NCBI GenBank assembly: GCA_045585875.1
Contig: JAZMZH010000005.1
Location: 1,089 to 65,088 of the forward strand
DNA from: Victivallaceae bacterium
GTDB lineage: Bacteria; Verrucomicrobiota; Lentisphaeria; Victivallales; Victivallaceae
Direction of reading: 5' to 3'
Length of the DNA: 64,000 bases
The position numbers were made by a program, and so were the translations under genes. A model generated the notes under the pieces. It did no database searches. It worked only from the letters and a program-made list of their open reading frames with translations, and was not told where the DNA came from. Within the stretch, counting starts at the first letter, position 1. Each line of letters opens with the position of its first letter. Of this stretch, positions 53,973-63,260 are shown one piece after another.

Positions 53973-55081
53973 TGGACATGGCCGACGGAGAAATTTCCCG
54001 GATCACGGTCATCATTCCGGCTTTGAATCCCGACGGCCGCCTGACGGAGCTGATCGACCGTCTTGTCGAACGCGGATTCCGCCGGATCACGGTGGTCAAC
54101 GACGGGAGCGCTCCGGAGTATGCCGGGGTTTTCGTCGAAGCCGGCGCGCGGCCCGGGGTGAAGGTGCTGGCTTTCCCGGAAAACCGGGGCAAGGGGGCGG
54201 CGCTCAAGTACGCCTTTGCCGATGAGATCGCCTCGGATACGGAACAGGTCGGGTGCGTCACCGCCGATGCCGACGGCCAGCATCTGCCCGATGACATCGT
54301 CGCGGCGGCCCGGGAACTCCTGCGGCATCCGGACGCGCTGGTCATGGGGGTGCGGAGTTTCGCCTCCGAAAACGTTCCGGCCAAGAGCCGATTCGGCAAC
54401 TGGCTCACCCGAAAGGTGTTCCGGATCTTTTCCGGGGTCAACTGCTCCGACACCCAGACCGGTCTTCGGGCCATGGGCCGCAAGCTCATGGCCGGGGCCG
54501 GAGCCGTGCCGGGAGACCGCTATGAATTCGAGAACCGCCATCTCCTGATGTGCGCCGTCTCCGGAGTGCCGCTGGTGGAGCTGCCCATCGCCACGGTTTA
54601 CGAAAACGGCAACAGCGGCACGCACTTCCGGCCGCTGGTGGACGGGGTGAAGATTTACGCTTCGCTGCTGGTGGGGCTGATCCGCCAGTTTTCGCTTTTC
54701 ATCGTCGGCAGTCTGCTCTCGGCCGCGCTGGACCTCAGTTTGTACGCCGCCTTTTACACGCTGCTGGACGGCAGATTCGCCTACGCCATCGCGATGGCGG
54801 CGGTGCCGGCCCGGGTGCTGTCGGCGGGATTCAACTACACCTACAATCTGCTGGTGGTTTTCAGCAGTAAAATCGGGCAGCGCTCCTCCCGGATTCCCAC
54901 CAGCATCGCCGGTTATTGCCTGCTGTGCGTGACGATCCTGCTGCTCTCCTGTTTTTTCACCGAAACGCTCAGCAGGCTCTTGCCCGGCCGCAACACGGTG
55001 TGGATCAAGGCGCTGGTGGATTTCGTCCTCTTTCTGGCCGGGTTTGCGGTTCAGAAGTTCCTGATCTTCCGCAAGTCATGA
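53972..55081 (+). CDS. Family-2 glycosyltransferase fused to a GtrA-like membrane domain
   Basis: VIIPALN, VVNDGS and DADGQH (DxD) in the N-terminal half. Four hydrophobic helices in the C-terminal half. The start shares 1 nt with the dapA stop. Confidence 0.82.
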   Translation: MDMADGEISRITVIIPALNPDGRLTELIDRLVERGFRRITVVNDGSAPEYAGVFVEAGARPGVKVLAFPENRGKGAALKYAFADEIASDTEQVGCVTADADGQHLPDDIVAAARELLRHPDALVMGVRSFASENVPAKSRFGNWLTRKVFRIFSGVNCSDTQTGLRAMGRKLMAGAGAVPGDRYEFENRHLLMCAVSGVPLVELPIATVYENGNSGTHFRPLVDGVKIYASLLVGLIRQFSLFIVGSLLSAALDLSLYAAFYTLLDGRFAYAIAMAAVPARVLSAGFNYTYNLLVVFSSKIGQRSSRIPTSIAGYCLLCVTILLLSCFFTETLSRLLPGRNTVWIKALVDFVLFLAGFAVQKFLIFRKS

Positions 55082-55782
55082 AGTATTCCGAAGTCCGGCC
55101 GGGGCTGTTTGTCAGCCGTCCCAATCGCTTTGTCGCGCTGGTCGATCTCGACGGCGGCCGGATCGCCGCCCATGTCAAAAATACCGGACGCTGCCGGGAA
55201 CTGCTGGTCCCGGGCTGTGAAGTCTGGCTGGAAAAGGCCGCCGGTACGGACCGCAGGACGGCTTACGATCTGGTCGCGGTGCGCAAGATTCTGCCCGACG
55301 GCCGGTCCCTGCTCGTAAACATGGATTCCCGGATGCCCAACGAGGCTGCGGCCGAGTGGCTGCCGGGCTCCGGTCTGCTGCCGGAGGGGGCGGAGATCCG
55401 CCGGGAAGTCCGGTATCGGGATTCCCGTTTTGATTTTTACATGGAGGGAGGCGGACGCCGGATCTTCTGCGAAGTCAAGGGCGTAACGCTGGAGGAGGAG
55501 GGGAGGGCGCTTTTCCCGGACGCTCCCACCGTGCGGGGCGTCAAACACCTCAGGGAACTCACGGCGGCCCTCGGGGATGGGTTTGAAGCCTGGATTTTAT
55601 TTGTGATTCAGATGCGGGGAGTCCGGGTTTTCGCCCCCAACGACGCCGCCCATCCGGAATTCGGCAGGGCGCTGCGGGACGCGGTCGGGGCCGGAGTGCG
55701 GGTGCTGGCCGTGGATTCGCGGGTGACGCCGGACGGACTGACGATCAACGGTCCGGTGGAGACCGCGATAAAATTACGGTAA
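55078..55782 (+). CDS. sfsA: Sugar fermentation stimulation protein SfsA
   Basis: F(V)SRPNRFVALVDLDG...AHVKNTGRCRELL and FCEVKGVTL motifs. ATGA overlap with the upstream gene. Confidence 0.88.
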   Translation: MKYSEVRPGLFVSRPNRFVALVDLDGGRIAAHVKNTGRCRELLVPGCEVWLEKAAGTDRRTAYDLVAVRKILPDGRSLLVNMDSRMPNEAAAEWLPGSGLLPEGAEIRREVRYRDSRFDFYMEGGGRRIFCEVKGVTLEEEGRALFPDAPTVRGVKHLRELTAALGDGFEAWILFVIQMRGVRVFAPNDAAHPEFGRALRDAVGAGVRVLAVDSRVTPDGLTINGPVETAIKLR

Positions 55783-55798
55783 AATCCCGTTTCCCGGA

Positions 55799-55827
55799 TT
55801 GACAAAACGCCGGGGACGGGTTAATTT
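55799..55827 (+). promoter_or_regulatory. sigma70-like promoter candidate (TTGACA-17 nt-TAATTT)
   Basis: TTGACA at 55799-55804 and TAATTT at 55822-55827, upstream of the regulator gene. Confidence 0.4.
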
Positions 55828-55889
55828 ATGAATACACCGGCTTATTTGGCGATTTGAGCCGGAAACTTCCGGAAAAGAAAGCCCGGCAC

Positions 55890-56741
55890 ATGAACAAGAA
55901 AGAACCTCTGGTCCTGTTTCTCAATGACGAAGTACAGCGGCTGCTGGATCATTTTGCCGGGCTTCTGGAGCTGCGCGTGACCTTTTATTCGCTGGACGGC
56001 ACTCCGGTGCGGCGCGGTCATTCGATGATCAACACCTCTTTTTGCTCCTACATCCAGAATGAACTGGGGCGGCGGGAGCGATGTCTCCTCTCCGACCGGG
56101 ACATGAGAAACCGGGCCGCCGAATCCCGCAGCACGCTGATTTACAGCTGTCACGCCGGTCTGCGGGAGGTGATTTCTCCGGTGATTATCGCCGGGAGGAT
56201 CGCCGGATTTCTGATGTTCGGGCAGTTCCGGAACACTTCGGAGACGCCCGAGTGCGCCCTTGCCGCCTGCCGCACCGATGCGGAGCGCGCCGAATTGACC
56301 GAAAGGTTTCAAAATCTTCCCGTCATTGACGACAACCGGCTCGAGGACATCGTCGGCGTCTTTCAGATGCTGATCGATTACATCGCCGCCCGGGAACTCG
56401 CTTCGCTGGGCAGCGATCCCCTGCGTTCCGCCATCGACAGCTACATCGACGAGTACTACGCCGGAGAACTGCGCATCTCCGACATGGCCAACGTCCTCGG
56501 CAAGAGCGTGTCGTCCATATCCCAGTATTTGCGCAGCCGCTATCACACCACCTTTAAGGAGCTTCTGATCGCCCGTCGTCTCCAGGCCGCCGAAAAATAC
56601 TGGAGGGAGCATCCCGAGGCCTCCACCCGGGAGTGCGCGGCGGCGGCGGGTTTTCCGGACCAGTTTTACTTCTCCCGCATTTTCAAGAAGAAAAAGGGGA
56701 TCACGCCCCGCGCCTACCGGGCGGCGTGGAACAACGCCTGA
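55890..56741 (+). CDS. AraC-family transcriptional regulator with PocR-type sensor domain
   Basis: PocR-like FCSYIQN...C...YSCHAGLREVISPVIIAGRIAGFLMFGQF. C-terminal AraC helix-turn-helix (HTH) domain (FYFSRIFKKKKGITPRAYR). Start could be the TTG at 55854 or the ATG at 55890. Confidence 0.85.
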   Translation: MNKKEPLVLFLNDEVQRLLDHFAGLLELRVTFYSLDGTPVRRGHSMINTSFCSYIQNELGRRERCLLSDRDMRNRAAESRSTLIYSCHAGLREVISPVIIAGRIAGFLMFGQFRNTSETPECALAACRTDAERAELTERFQNLPVIDDNRLEDIVGVFQMLIDYIAARELASLGSDPLRSAIDSYIDEYYAGELRISDMANVLGKSVSSISQYLRSRYHTTFKELLIARRLQAAEKYWREHPEASTRECAAAAGFPDQFYFSRIFKKKKGITPRAYRAAWNNA

Positions 56742-56852
56742 AGCGCTCTCCGGAGTGCGGGACGGCGCGGGGTTCACAGCGCCGTATGCTCCCAATCAAC
56801 GGCCTGATCCGGAGAGCGGGAAGTTGAACCGTTGTTTCTCTGCTCGTCCGGC

Positions 56853-57030
56853 TTGTTTTTTTGCTGATTGATGCTATATTGAGTAAGCAGACGGCACTGT
56901 CCGAAGTCCCGGCATGTCTTTCGGGAGGCGCAAAAGTCCGAAACGGGAGCATCAGCTGCGAGCAGTCATGCTTCGATAACCTGTTTGATCGGGTTATCCG
57001 GAATCCGAAGGCGTCCCCGGGGAGGGAACC
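56853..57030 (+). repeat. Repeat-family copy C with promoter-like head (TTGTTT-16 nt-TATATT)
   Basis: TATATT at 56875-56880. Shares TTGATGCTAT(A/G)TT with copy D. Shares the blocks GCAAAAGTCCGAAACGGG(A/G)GCAT and ATCCG(G/A)AATCCG with copies A and B. Confidence 0.65.
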
Positions 57031-57055
57031 GTCTGAGTACTGAGGAATGCGGCAG

Positions 57056-57244
57056 ATGGACATACGCGAACAAAAGATACGGCTGTGGCTTAAAAATCCG
57101 CCGGAAATGAAATTTCCGGAGCCGCTCAACCTGCCTTCGTTTTCCAAAAAAAACTTTCGCAATTACGAAGAAATGAACGCGTGGAAACGCGAATATCTCA
57201 AGGCAATCGCCGAACAGGGCGGAATCCGATGGAAAGACTGCTGA
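57056..57244 (+). CDS. Small hypothetical protein (62-65 aa), partner of the downstream NTase-fold gene
   Basis: MDIREQKIRLWLKNPPEMKF...FRNYEEMNAWKREYLKAIAEQGG. GAGGA lies 9 nt upstream of the ATG at 57056. The 3' end overlaps the next gene by 16 nt. Lower G+C than surroundings. Confidence 0.55.
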   Translation: MDIREQKIRLWLKNPPEMKFPEPLNLPSFSKKNFRNYEEMNAWKREYLKAIAEQGGIRWKDC

Positions 57245-57681
57245 AACGTCTTAACGATGCCGGGGCCCGCTATGTGGTTATCGGCGGTCAGGCCATGCGG
57301 CAGCATGGAATGCCGCGTTTTACGCTCGACTGGGATATTTTTGTTCCGCCATTGGATCAGGACAATTTTGACAGGATCAATGCGGCTCTTGAGGATATAC
57401 TTGATATGAAACTGGAGAAATTGGATGTCGGAACCGGGGCCGGGTTTGTCCAGACCTTTCAGACCGATGCCGGAATCATTCAGTTTCACCTGTCTCCGCC
57501 CGGCCTGCCGAAGTTTTCCATCGTTGAAGCGAGAGCAATCACTTGCGATTATCACGGAGTCCCGGTGAAATACTTGAACTTGGACGACTTGCTGATTTCC
57601 AAACAGGCATCTTCCCGCGATAAAGATTCTGACGACATCCTTTTTTTGACGATCAAGAAACGGAGTCAGGGAAATTCCTGA
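57229..57681 (+). CDS. Minimal nucleotidyltransferase-fold protein
   Basis: VVIGGQAMRQHGMPRFTLDWDIFV fits the G[GS]-x(9-13)-DxD minimal NTase pattern. About 150 aa. Lower G+C than surroundings. Confidence 0.6.
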   Translation: MERLLKRLNDAGARYVVIGGQAMRQHGMPRFTLDWDIFVPPLDQDNFDRINAALEDILDMKLEKLDVGTGAGFVQTFQTDAGIIQFHLSPPGLPKFSIVEARAITCDYHGVPVKYLNLDDLLISKQASSRDKDSDDILFLTIKKRSQGNS

Positions 57682-57982
57682 ATATCCGAGTCGATAAGCC
57701 GGACAGGTCGAAACAGACCATGATCGGCCGGGCGGGGCGGTGCGGGGCTCACAGCGCCTGTGCTCCCGGCCAATGCGCCGGGGCCGCTCGCAGCCCCTGC
57801 GGGATGGTCCCTTGCCTGCGCGTCACCGGGATGGTCCCTGACGCTCCGGGACGGCCCCATCCCTCGGTATCACTCCGTACCCATCCGTACTCCGTAAGGC
57901 ATTTCCGCAGCCGCTCCGGGGGGGAGCGTCGTCGTCGGGGCTTTTTTATGCCGGAAATTGTCAGGCAAATCTTGACAAAAAC

Positions 57983-58150
57983 TTGAAATCCGGCTTTTTG
58001 ATGCTATGTTACCCACGTACACGAAAAAGACGGCACCGCCCGAACACCGTGTTTTTCGGCGCCTGATGAAATTGCGCTTCCGGCAGCTCTTTGCGGGCAG
58101 TCGCCCCGAGAGTTCCGAATCCGCTTTTTTCCCGGACAGACCGGGAGTCA
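57983..58150 (+). repeat. Repeat-family copy D with promoter-like head (TTGAAA-16 nt-TATGTT), about 190-nt leader of the second T2SS-like module
   Basis: TTGAAA at 57983-57988 and TATGTT at 58005-58010. Blocks TTTTCGGCGCCTGATGAAATTGCG and GTTCCGAATCCGCT align with copies A-C. Confidence 0.6.
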
Positions 58151-58202
58151 TTGGCGTCGCTTCCGGCGGCACCGTCAAAAGAGAGGGCCGCGTGGGGATA
58201 TT

Positions 58203-58853
58203 ATGAAATTTTTCCGGATTGTCATCGCCGTTGCCGGAGTTCTGGCCGCAGGCGGCTGCAGCATGGGAGCCGGCACGGACGCGGAGCCCGGCGAGCCGAA
58301 GATTCTGCTCACGCTCGACCGCGGCTACGTCCCCGCCGTCGGCAGGGGCTTTCACTGGCGGGTTTCCGCTTCTGACGGAGACGAGAGCAGCTGGAATCTG
58401 CGCATCCGGGTGAACGGTCAGACGGTCTGCGGCTCCGAATTCGGCCTGCCCACGGATATTTACGTCGGGTACTGGGATCGCGCCAGTGCGGAGTTTTTTT
58501 TCAGCGATCAGGAGATCCCCGTGGATGCGGTGCCGGTTAAGATCACCTTTCGTTTCGACGGCGCCGCCGACGGCAGCGCCTCGGGATTCGTCTATGCGCC
58601 GGAGGGGGAGGGAGTGTTCGCCGCCGGGGATTCGGAACTGTCTCCCTCCGGGGCGGACATCGCGCTTTTGGAATTCAATGTGGAACCCAGACGCCTCTCC
58701 GCCGCCGGTGAGGAGGAGCATGGCGGCGTCCGCGTCCGCAGGAGAGCCGCGGATTATGTGCCGGAGAATGCCATAGCCGTTTTCATGGAACCCGCTCTCA
58801 AACCCGGTCAGATACCGGTGGGAAACGTCGGAGCGGTTTCGGCGGAATACTGA
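58203..58853 (+). CDS. Hypothetical lipoprotein heading the second T2SS-like module
   Basis: MKFFRIVIAVAGVLAAGGC-SMG (lipobox-like). Beta-rich and acidic. 22 nt upstream of the GspL-like gene. Confidence 0.65.
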   Translation: MKFFRIVIAVAGVLAAGGCSMGAGTDAEPGEPKILLTLDRGYVPAVGRGFHWRVSASDGDESSWNLRIRVNGQTVCGSEFGLPTDIYVGYWDRASAEFFFSDQEIPVDAVPVKITFRFDGAADGSASGFVYAPEGEGVFAAGDSELSPSGADIALLEFNVEPRRLSAAGEEEHGGVRVRRRAADYVPENAIAVFMEPALKPGQIPVGNVGAVSAEY

Positions 58854-58875
58854 CATTGCAGCGGAGGATCGGGGC

Positions 58876-59874
58876 ATGCGTTTGGGGATCATAAGCATAC
58901 AGGAGGACGGATCGGTGAAGACCGTGTCGGGCGTGGTTTCCCGCCGCGGTTTCGTCCGCGATGCCGAGGATATTCTCCGGGACGTCTCCGGCCTCGAATT
59001 CATTTACCTGACCGCCCGCAGCGCCAGGACCATCATCCATGATGTGGAGCTGCCCGCGCCGCTCACCGGGCGCGCGCTGGTCAGAGCGCTGTCCTTTGAA
59101 CTGGAGAGGCTGCTCCCGGTGCGGCTGGAGGAGGTCAGCTGGGGATATTGGAAGCTGGGCCGTGAAAACCGCAGTTTCCGGATCTTTGCCGTTCTGCGCC
59201 GGGAGCTGAAATCCATGCTTGAAATTCTGGAGCGGTCCCGCCTCCGCTGCGACGCCTTTGTGCCAGCGCAGATCTTCACCGGACCGGATCCGGCGGAGCG
59301 GCCGCAGCCTCCGGAAGCCGCCCTGCTGGAGTATCTGTCCCGGGACCCTTCCGGCAAGAATCTTGTCACCGACGGCGCCGCCGTGCCGAAGAATCTCCGG
59401 CCGGTGCGTTATCACTGGCTGCGGGTCGCATGCCGGGCGGTGCTGCTGCTCGCCGCCATGCTCTTTCTGCTGGTGTGCTGGGACAGATTTCTGGATTTCA
59501 GGGAGAAAATCACGGCTCTTGACGCCGAAAAGGACCGTCTGGACGTCGAACTCCGGGTGGCGGAGAGCGCCGGAGAACAGTTCGCCGAAGCCATGCTGCT
59601 CCAGCAGAACATCATCGACACCAGATTCGGCAGTGCCATGATCGCGCCTATTCTGGCCGATCTCAGCCGGAGACTGCCGGACGGCATGTGGGTGGCCGGT
59701 TACAGTCAGAACGGCGATCAGATCGACGTGACCATCATCACCAGCCGGGACGAGGTGAATCTCCCCAGACTGCTGGAGTCCGGGCTCTACTCTTTCGTCA
59801 ACATCAGCAAAACCGTCAATCCCGCGGACCAGAGCGTGATCCAGTCGGTGAAACTGAGGAGCAGCCTGCCGTGA
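58876..59874 (+). CDS. GspL-like (PilM/PilN-like) assembly protein, second copy
   Basis: Same layout as 29047-30288: cytoplasmic N-domain, TM segment (VACRAVLLLAAMLFLLVCW), coiled coil, small C-terminal domain. Confidence 0.55.
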   Translation: MRLGIISIQEDGSVKTVSGVVSRRGFVRDAEDILRDVSGLEFIYLTARSARTIIHDVELPAPLTGRALVRALSFELERLLPVRLEEVSWGYWKLGRENRSFRIFAVLRRELKSMLEILERSRLRCDAFVPAQIFTGPDPAERPQPPEAALLEYLSRDPSGKNLVTDGAAVPKNLRPVRYHWLRVACRAVLLLAAMLFLLVCWDRFLDFREKITALDAEKDRLDVELRVAESAGEQFAEAMLLQQNIIDTRFGSAMIAPILADLSRRLPDGMWVAGYSQNGDQIDVTIITSRDEVNLPRLLESGLYSFVNISKTVNPADQSVIQSVKLRSSLP

Positions 59875-60473
59875 TTACGAAACAGCATATTTCGATGCTG
59901 CGTCCGCTGCTGCCGGCGGTCATCCTGCTGGCGGCGGGGATCGTCATGGTCTCCTCCGGAGAGCTGCCCTTTTCGGATTACATGATTCAGAACCGGCGTC
60001 GGGAGATCGCCGCCGCCGCTCAACGCATCCGTGCGGCGGAATCCACCAACGCGGCGGCGGAGAGGTCACTGGGCCCTCTGCTCGGCATCTACGAGACCGC
60101 CATGAAGACCGACAGCGAGGACGCCGCCGGGATTTTCCGCGAGCGGGTCCTGGACAGCGTCCGGCGGTCGGGGCTCAGGAGCCGCACCGTGGGCGCGGTG
60201 CGGACCGTGGAGGTCACGGAAAATATCTTCCTTTACGATCTGGTATTCACCGCCGACGGGACGACCGCCGAGGCGGCGGCTTTTCTCAACGAGCTTGAGA
60301 TGGGGCGGCCCCGGCTCTACTGGCGGAGCATCACGATCCGGCCCAACTCCCAGCTGTCTCCCTCCTATGTGACGGTTTCCGGGACGATCACCGGGTTTGA
60401 TTTCGCCGGGGCGGGGCTGATGCTGCCCGAGACGGAAGGGGTTCTGCCCGGCCGGGGAGGGAACGATGATTAA
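59871..60473 (+). CDS. GspM/PilO-like assembly protein, second copy
   Basis: GTG start at 59871 overlapping the upstream stop (alternative ATG at 59895). TM segment LLPAVILLAAGIVMV, then a helical region and a small domain. Confidence 0.5.
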   Translation: MITKQHISMLRPLLPAVILLAAGIVMVSSGELPFSDYMIQNRRREIAAAAQRIRAAESTNAAAERSLGPLLGIYETAMKTDSEDAAGIFRERVLDSVRRSGLRSRTVGAVRTVEVTENIFLYDLVFTADGTTAEAAAFLNELEMGRPRLYWRSITIRPNSQLSPSYVTVSGTITGFDFAGAGLMLPETEGVLPGRGGNDD

Positions 60474-61044
60474 AAACCGCGATCTGCTGCTGGCCGCTCT
60501 GGTCATGGGCATCCTGTCCGTGGTGCTCATGATCCTTTCGATCCGACCGGATCGTGCCGAAGGCGGCGGCGACGGATGGAGCGCGCCGCTGCCGGAGGCG
60601 ATCGGCATCGGGAATGCGGAGGACGGCGGCGGGGTTACGACCGACCGGGAAATCATCACGGTCCGGGATCTCTTTTCGCCGTCGCGCGGCCGGCGTTCTC
60701 CGACGGAATCCGCCGCGGTCGCCGACGTCGGGAATCCTGCTCCGGTTCCCGAGCCGGAGCTCCTGAACCGGCTGCCGAATTATCCCAACGACTGGCCGCG
60801 GTTCAAGCTCACCGGCGTGGTGCTGGTGGACGGGCGTCTGACGGCGCTGATCGCCGGAGGGCCGGATTACAAGGTTTCCAGCGGGGACAAATTTCCCCGT
60901 CATTATACGACAGGAGACACCCTGGGAGGCGGCGTTTCCCTGCATCGGATCGATGTGGACGACCGCCGGGTCGAGCTGCGCCGCGGCAATGACCTGTTGA
61001 CTGTAAAATTAGGGGTCGAACCCCCGGAGGTACCCAAGAAATGA
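60466..61044 (+). CDS. GspC/PilP-like protein, second copy
   Basis: TM segment LLLAALVMGILSVVLMILSI. C-terminal beta-rich FKLTGVVLVDGRLTALIAGG...VELRRGNDLLTVKLG. Confidence 0.5.
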   Translation: MIKNRDLLLAALVMGILSVVLMILSIRPDRAEGGGDGWSAPLPEAIGIGNAEDGGGVTTDREIITVRDLFSPSRGRRSPTESAAVADVGNPAPVPEPELLNRLPNYPNDWPRFKLTGVVLVDGRLTALIAGGPDYKVSSGDKFPRHYTTGDTLGGGVSLHRIDVDDRRVELRRGNDLLTVKLGVEPPEVPKK

Positions 61045-63260
61045 CAAGGTACGTGAATATCTTACTGTGCGCGGCGGGGGCCCTTTGCCTGTGCGGCTGC
61101 GAGTTGCCCATTGACGCCACCATCGACAGTATGGACGAGGTGAGGATGGATGAACTGCGGGCGAACTGGTTTGCCTCCACCGCCGGCATCCCGTCCCCCG
61201 ATCAGCCCGGCATGGAAAACGAACGCCTCGAGGCTGAGATCGGCGAAAACTTCGGGATGCGCAAACACCCCGACATGCCGTTTTACGATGCTCCGCCGGA
61301 TCAGAGCGGCCGCTTTTCCGGCCGCGCCGCGCCTCTGGGCGGCGGAACCCCTCCGGTGGAGCTGAGCGACGAACCGGTGGACTGCGACTTCAACTTTTCG
61401 CAGGCCAGTCTGGTCGACGTCCTGCCGGTTTTCCGCAACGCCCTCAATTTCAATTACGTGATCGAGGGCGACGTGACCGGGACCGTCACCATGTCTTTGC
61501 GGACCAAACTCTCGCGGCGCGCTCTCTGGGACACGTTTCTGGAGCTCATGAACATCTCCGGAGCCCGGGTCAGCTGCGAGTCCGGCGTCGTGCACATCTA
61601 TCCGGTGGGATATGCCGGCAGCAGCCTCAGTCTGAATTCCGACGAGCCGGGACTGGAGGTGGCCGCCTTTCATCTCAGCAACCAGCCGGTGAACGAGATG
61701 ATCCCCCGGCTGAACACTTTCATCGGCCGCACCCTCCGGGCGGTTGAACTGCCCTCGGCCAACATGCTTCTGGTCCTGGACCGGCCGGAGGAGCTGGCCA
61801 AGGTGGAGATGCTCCTCCGGGAGCTGGACGTCCCCAACCGCCGCAACTGGCACCGGCTGGTCCTGCCCTGCCGTAATGTGGACGCCGAGAGAATCGCCGA
61901 TGAGCTCGGGCAGATCATGCCGGTGCTGGGATTTCAGATTTCCACCACCCGGGACAAGGCGCCGGAGGGCATGATTCACCTCCAGGCTCTGCCCCGGGTG
62001 CAGGTGATCGTGGCCAGCGCCGCCAACCCCGACGCGCTGGAGGAACTGGCCCGCTGGCACGGGCTCCTGGACGAGAACAACATCGGCGATCAGGAACAGC
62101 TCTTCATGTACAACGTCATCAACAGCAAGGCCGAAGAACTCTCCGCCGCCGTCTCCTCGATGTTCAACGTCTCCGGCATCCAGATTTCCAGCACCGGCGA
62201 CGGCGAGGCCACTCAGAACACCGATATCGGCACGCCGGGCACTCTGCCCTCCAACGACGCCACTGCTCCGGGGACGGTCTTCGAGAACCCGGTGCGGATC
62301 TTCTGCGACGCGGTGCACAACCGTCTGGCCATCCGCACCCGGCCGCGGACCTACGCCATGATAAAGGCCATGCTGGAGCGTCTGGATACGCCTCCGGCCC
62401 AGGTGCTGCTGCAGGTGATGGTGGTCGAGGTCTCCCTGACCGACAGCATTGAATTCGGCGTGGAATTCATGCTCCAGGACACGGTCAGCACCAACTGGAA
62501 TGCCGCCGGCGGCACCGACTACAAAACCCTGGTCCCCAGCGCCCAGCAAAACAAGCAGTACGGCGGAAAATTCTACATCTACAATCCCGACAACCCCGAG
62601 GAGAAGTTCGGTTACATCACCGCCCTCGCCAGTCAGTCCAACATCCGGGTCATCTCCAGTCCCCAGATCGCCTGCCTCAACAATCACAAGGCCAAGATCA
62701 CCGTCGGCGACAAGGTGCCCCTGATCACATCCGAAACCGGAAACACCGCCAGCGGCGACACCATCCTCCGCAAGGTCGAATACCGGGACACCGGCATCCA
62801 GCTGGACGTCAAACCCCGCGCCACCCGGGGAGGGCGCATCATCATCGACCTGAATCAGGAGATCTCCCAGGCCCAGGTCAATACCACCAGTACCATCGAC
62901 TCGCCGGTCATCCAGAACCGCGAGGTTTCCACCTCCATGAGCCTCCGGGACGGTCAGACCATCATCTGCGGCGGCATCATCCGGGACAAGACCGTGGACG
63001 ATCTCGACACGCTGCCGATCATCAATTCCATCCCCTTCCTGCGCCGTTTCCTGGGCGACACCAACGTTCAGAGCGACCGCACCGAACTGCTGATCCTCAT
63101 CACCGGCACCATCATCAAGGAACCGACCCGGCTGGAAGCCCTCACCGGAGGATTCGAGCAGAGCATCGACAGCCTCATCGAATACAACAATATGCCCAAA
63201 AAGAAGATCACCCGTCAATTCAAACACTCCGGAAGTCTGGATACATGGTTTTTCGAATAG
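61041..63260 (+). CDS. gspD: Secretin (GspD/PilQ family), second copy, lipobox-like N-terminus
   Basis: ISSPQIACLNNHKAKITVGDKVPLITS, VIQNREVSTSMSLRDGQTIICGGII, TLPIINSIPFLRRFLG, ELLILITGTII. N-terminus ALCLCGC. Confidence 0.9.
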   Translation: MTRYVNILLCAAGALCLCGCELPIDATIDSMDEVRMDELRANWFASTAGIPSPDQPGMENERLEAEIGENFGMRKHPDMPFYDAPPDQSGRFSGRAAPLGGGTPPVELSDEPVDCDFNFSQASLVDVLPVFRNALNFNYVIEGDVTGTVTMSLRTKLSRRALWDTFLELMNISGARVSCESGVVHIYPVGYAGSSLSLNSDEPGLEVAAFHLSNQPVNEMIPRLNTFIGRTLRAVELPSANMLLVLDRPEELAKVEMLLRELDVPNRRNWHRLVLPCRNVDAERIADELGQIMPVLGFQISTTRDKAPEGMIHLQALPRVQVIVASAANPDALEELARWHGLLDENNIGDQEQLFMYNVINSKAEELSAAVSSMFNVSGIQISSTGDGEATQNTDIGTPGTLPSNDATAPGTVFENPVRIFCDAVHNRLAIRTRPRTYAMIKAMLERLDTPPAQVLLQVMVVEVSLTDSIEFGVEFMLQDTVSTNWNAAGGTDYKTLVPSAQQNKQYGGKFYIYNPDNPEEKFGYITALASQSNIRVISSPQIACLNNHKAKITVGDKVPLITSETGNTASGDTILRKVEYRDTGIQLDVKPRATRGGRIIIDLNQEISQAQVNTTSTIDSPVIQNREVSTSMSLRDGQTIICGGIIRDKTVDDLDTLPIINSIPFLRRFLGDTNVQSDRTELLILITGTIIKEPTRLEALTGGFEQSIDSLIEYNNMPKKKITRQFKHSGSLDTWFFE

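Noticed and set aside
57720-57986. 88-aa ORF between the NTase cassette and repeat copy D.
   Set aside because: Cys/Arg/Gly/Pro-rich translation with no SD-like sequence. It coincides with the duplicated repeat segment.
61008-61030. GGGGTCGAACCCCC, resembling a tRNA T-arm.
   Set aside because: It lies inside the GspC-like coding frame (KLGVEPPEV), and no acceptor, D or anticodon arms can be drawn around it.
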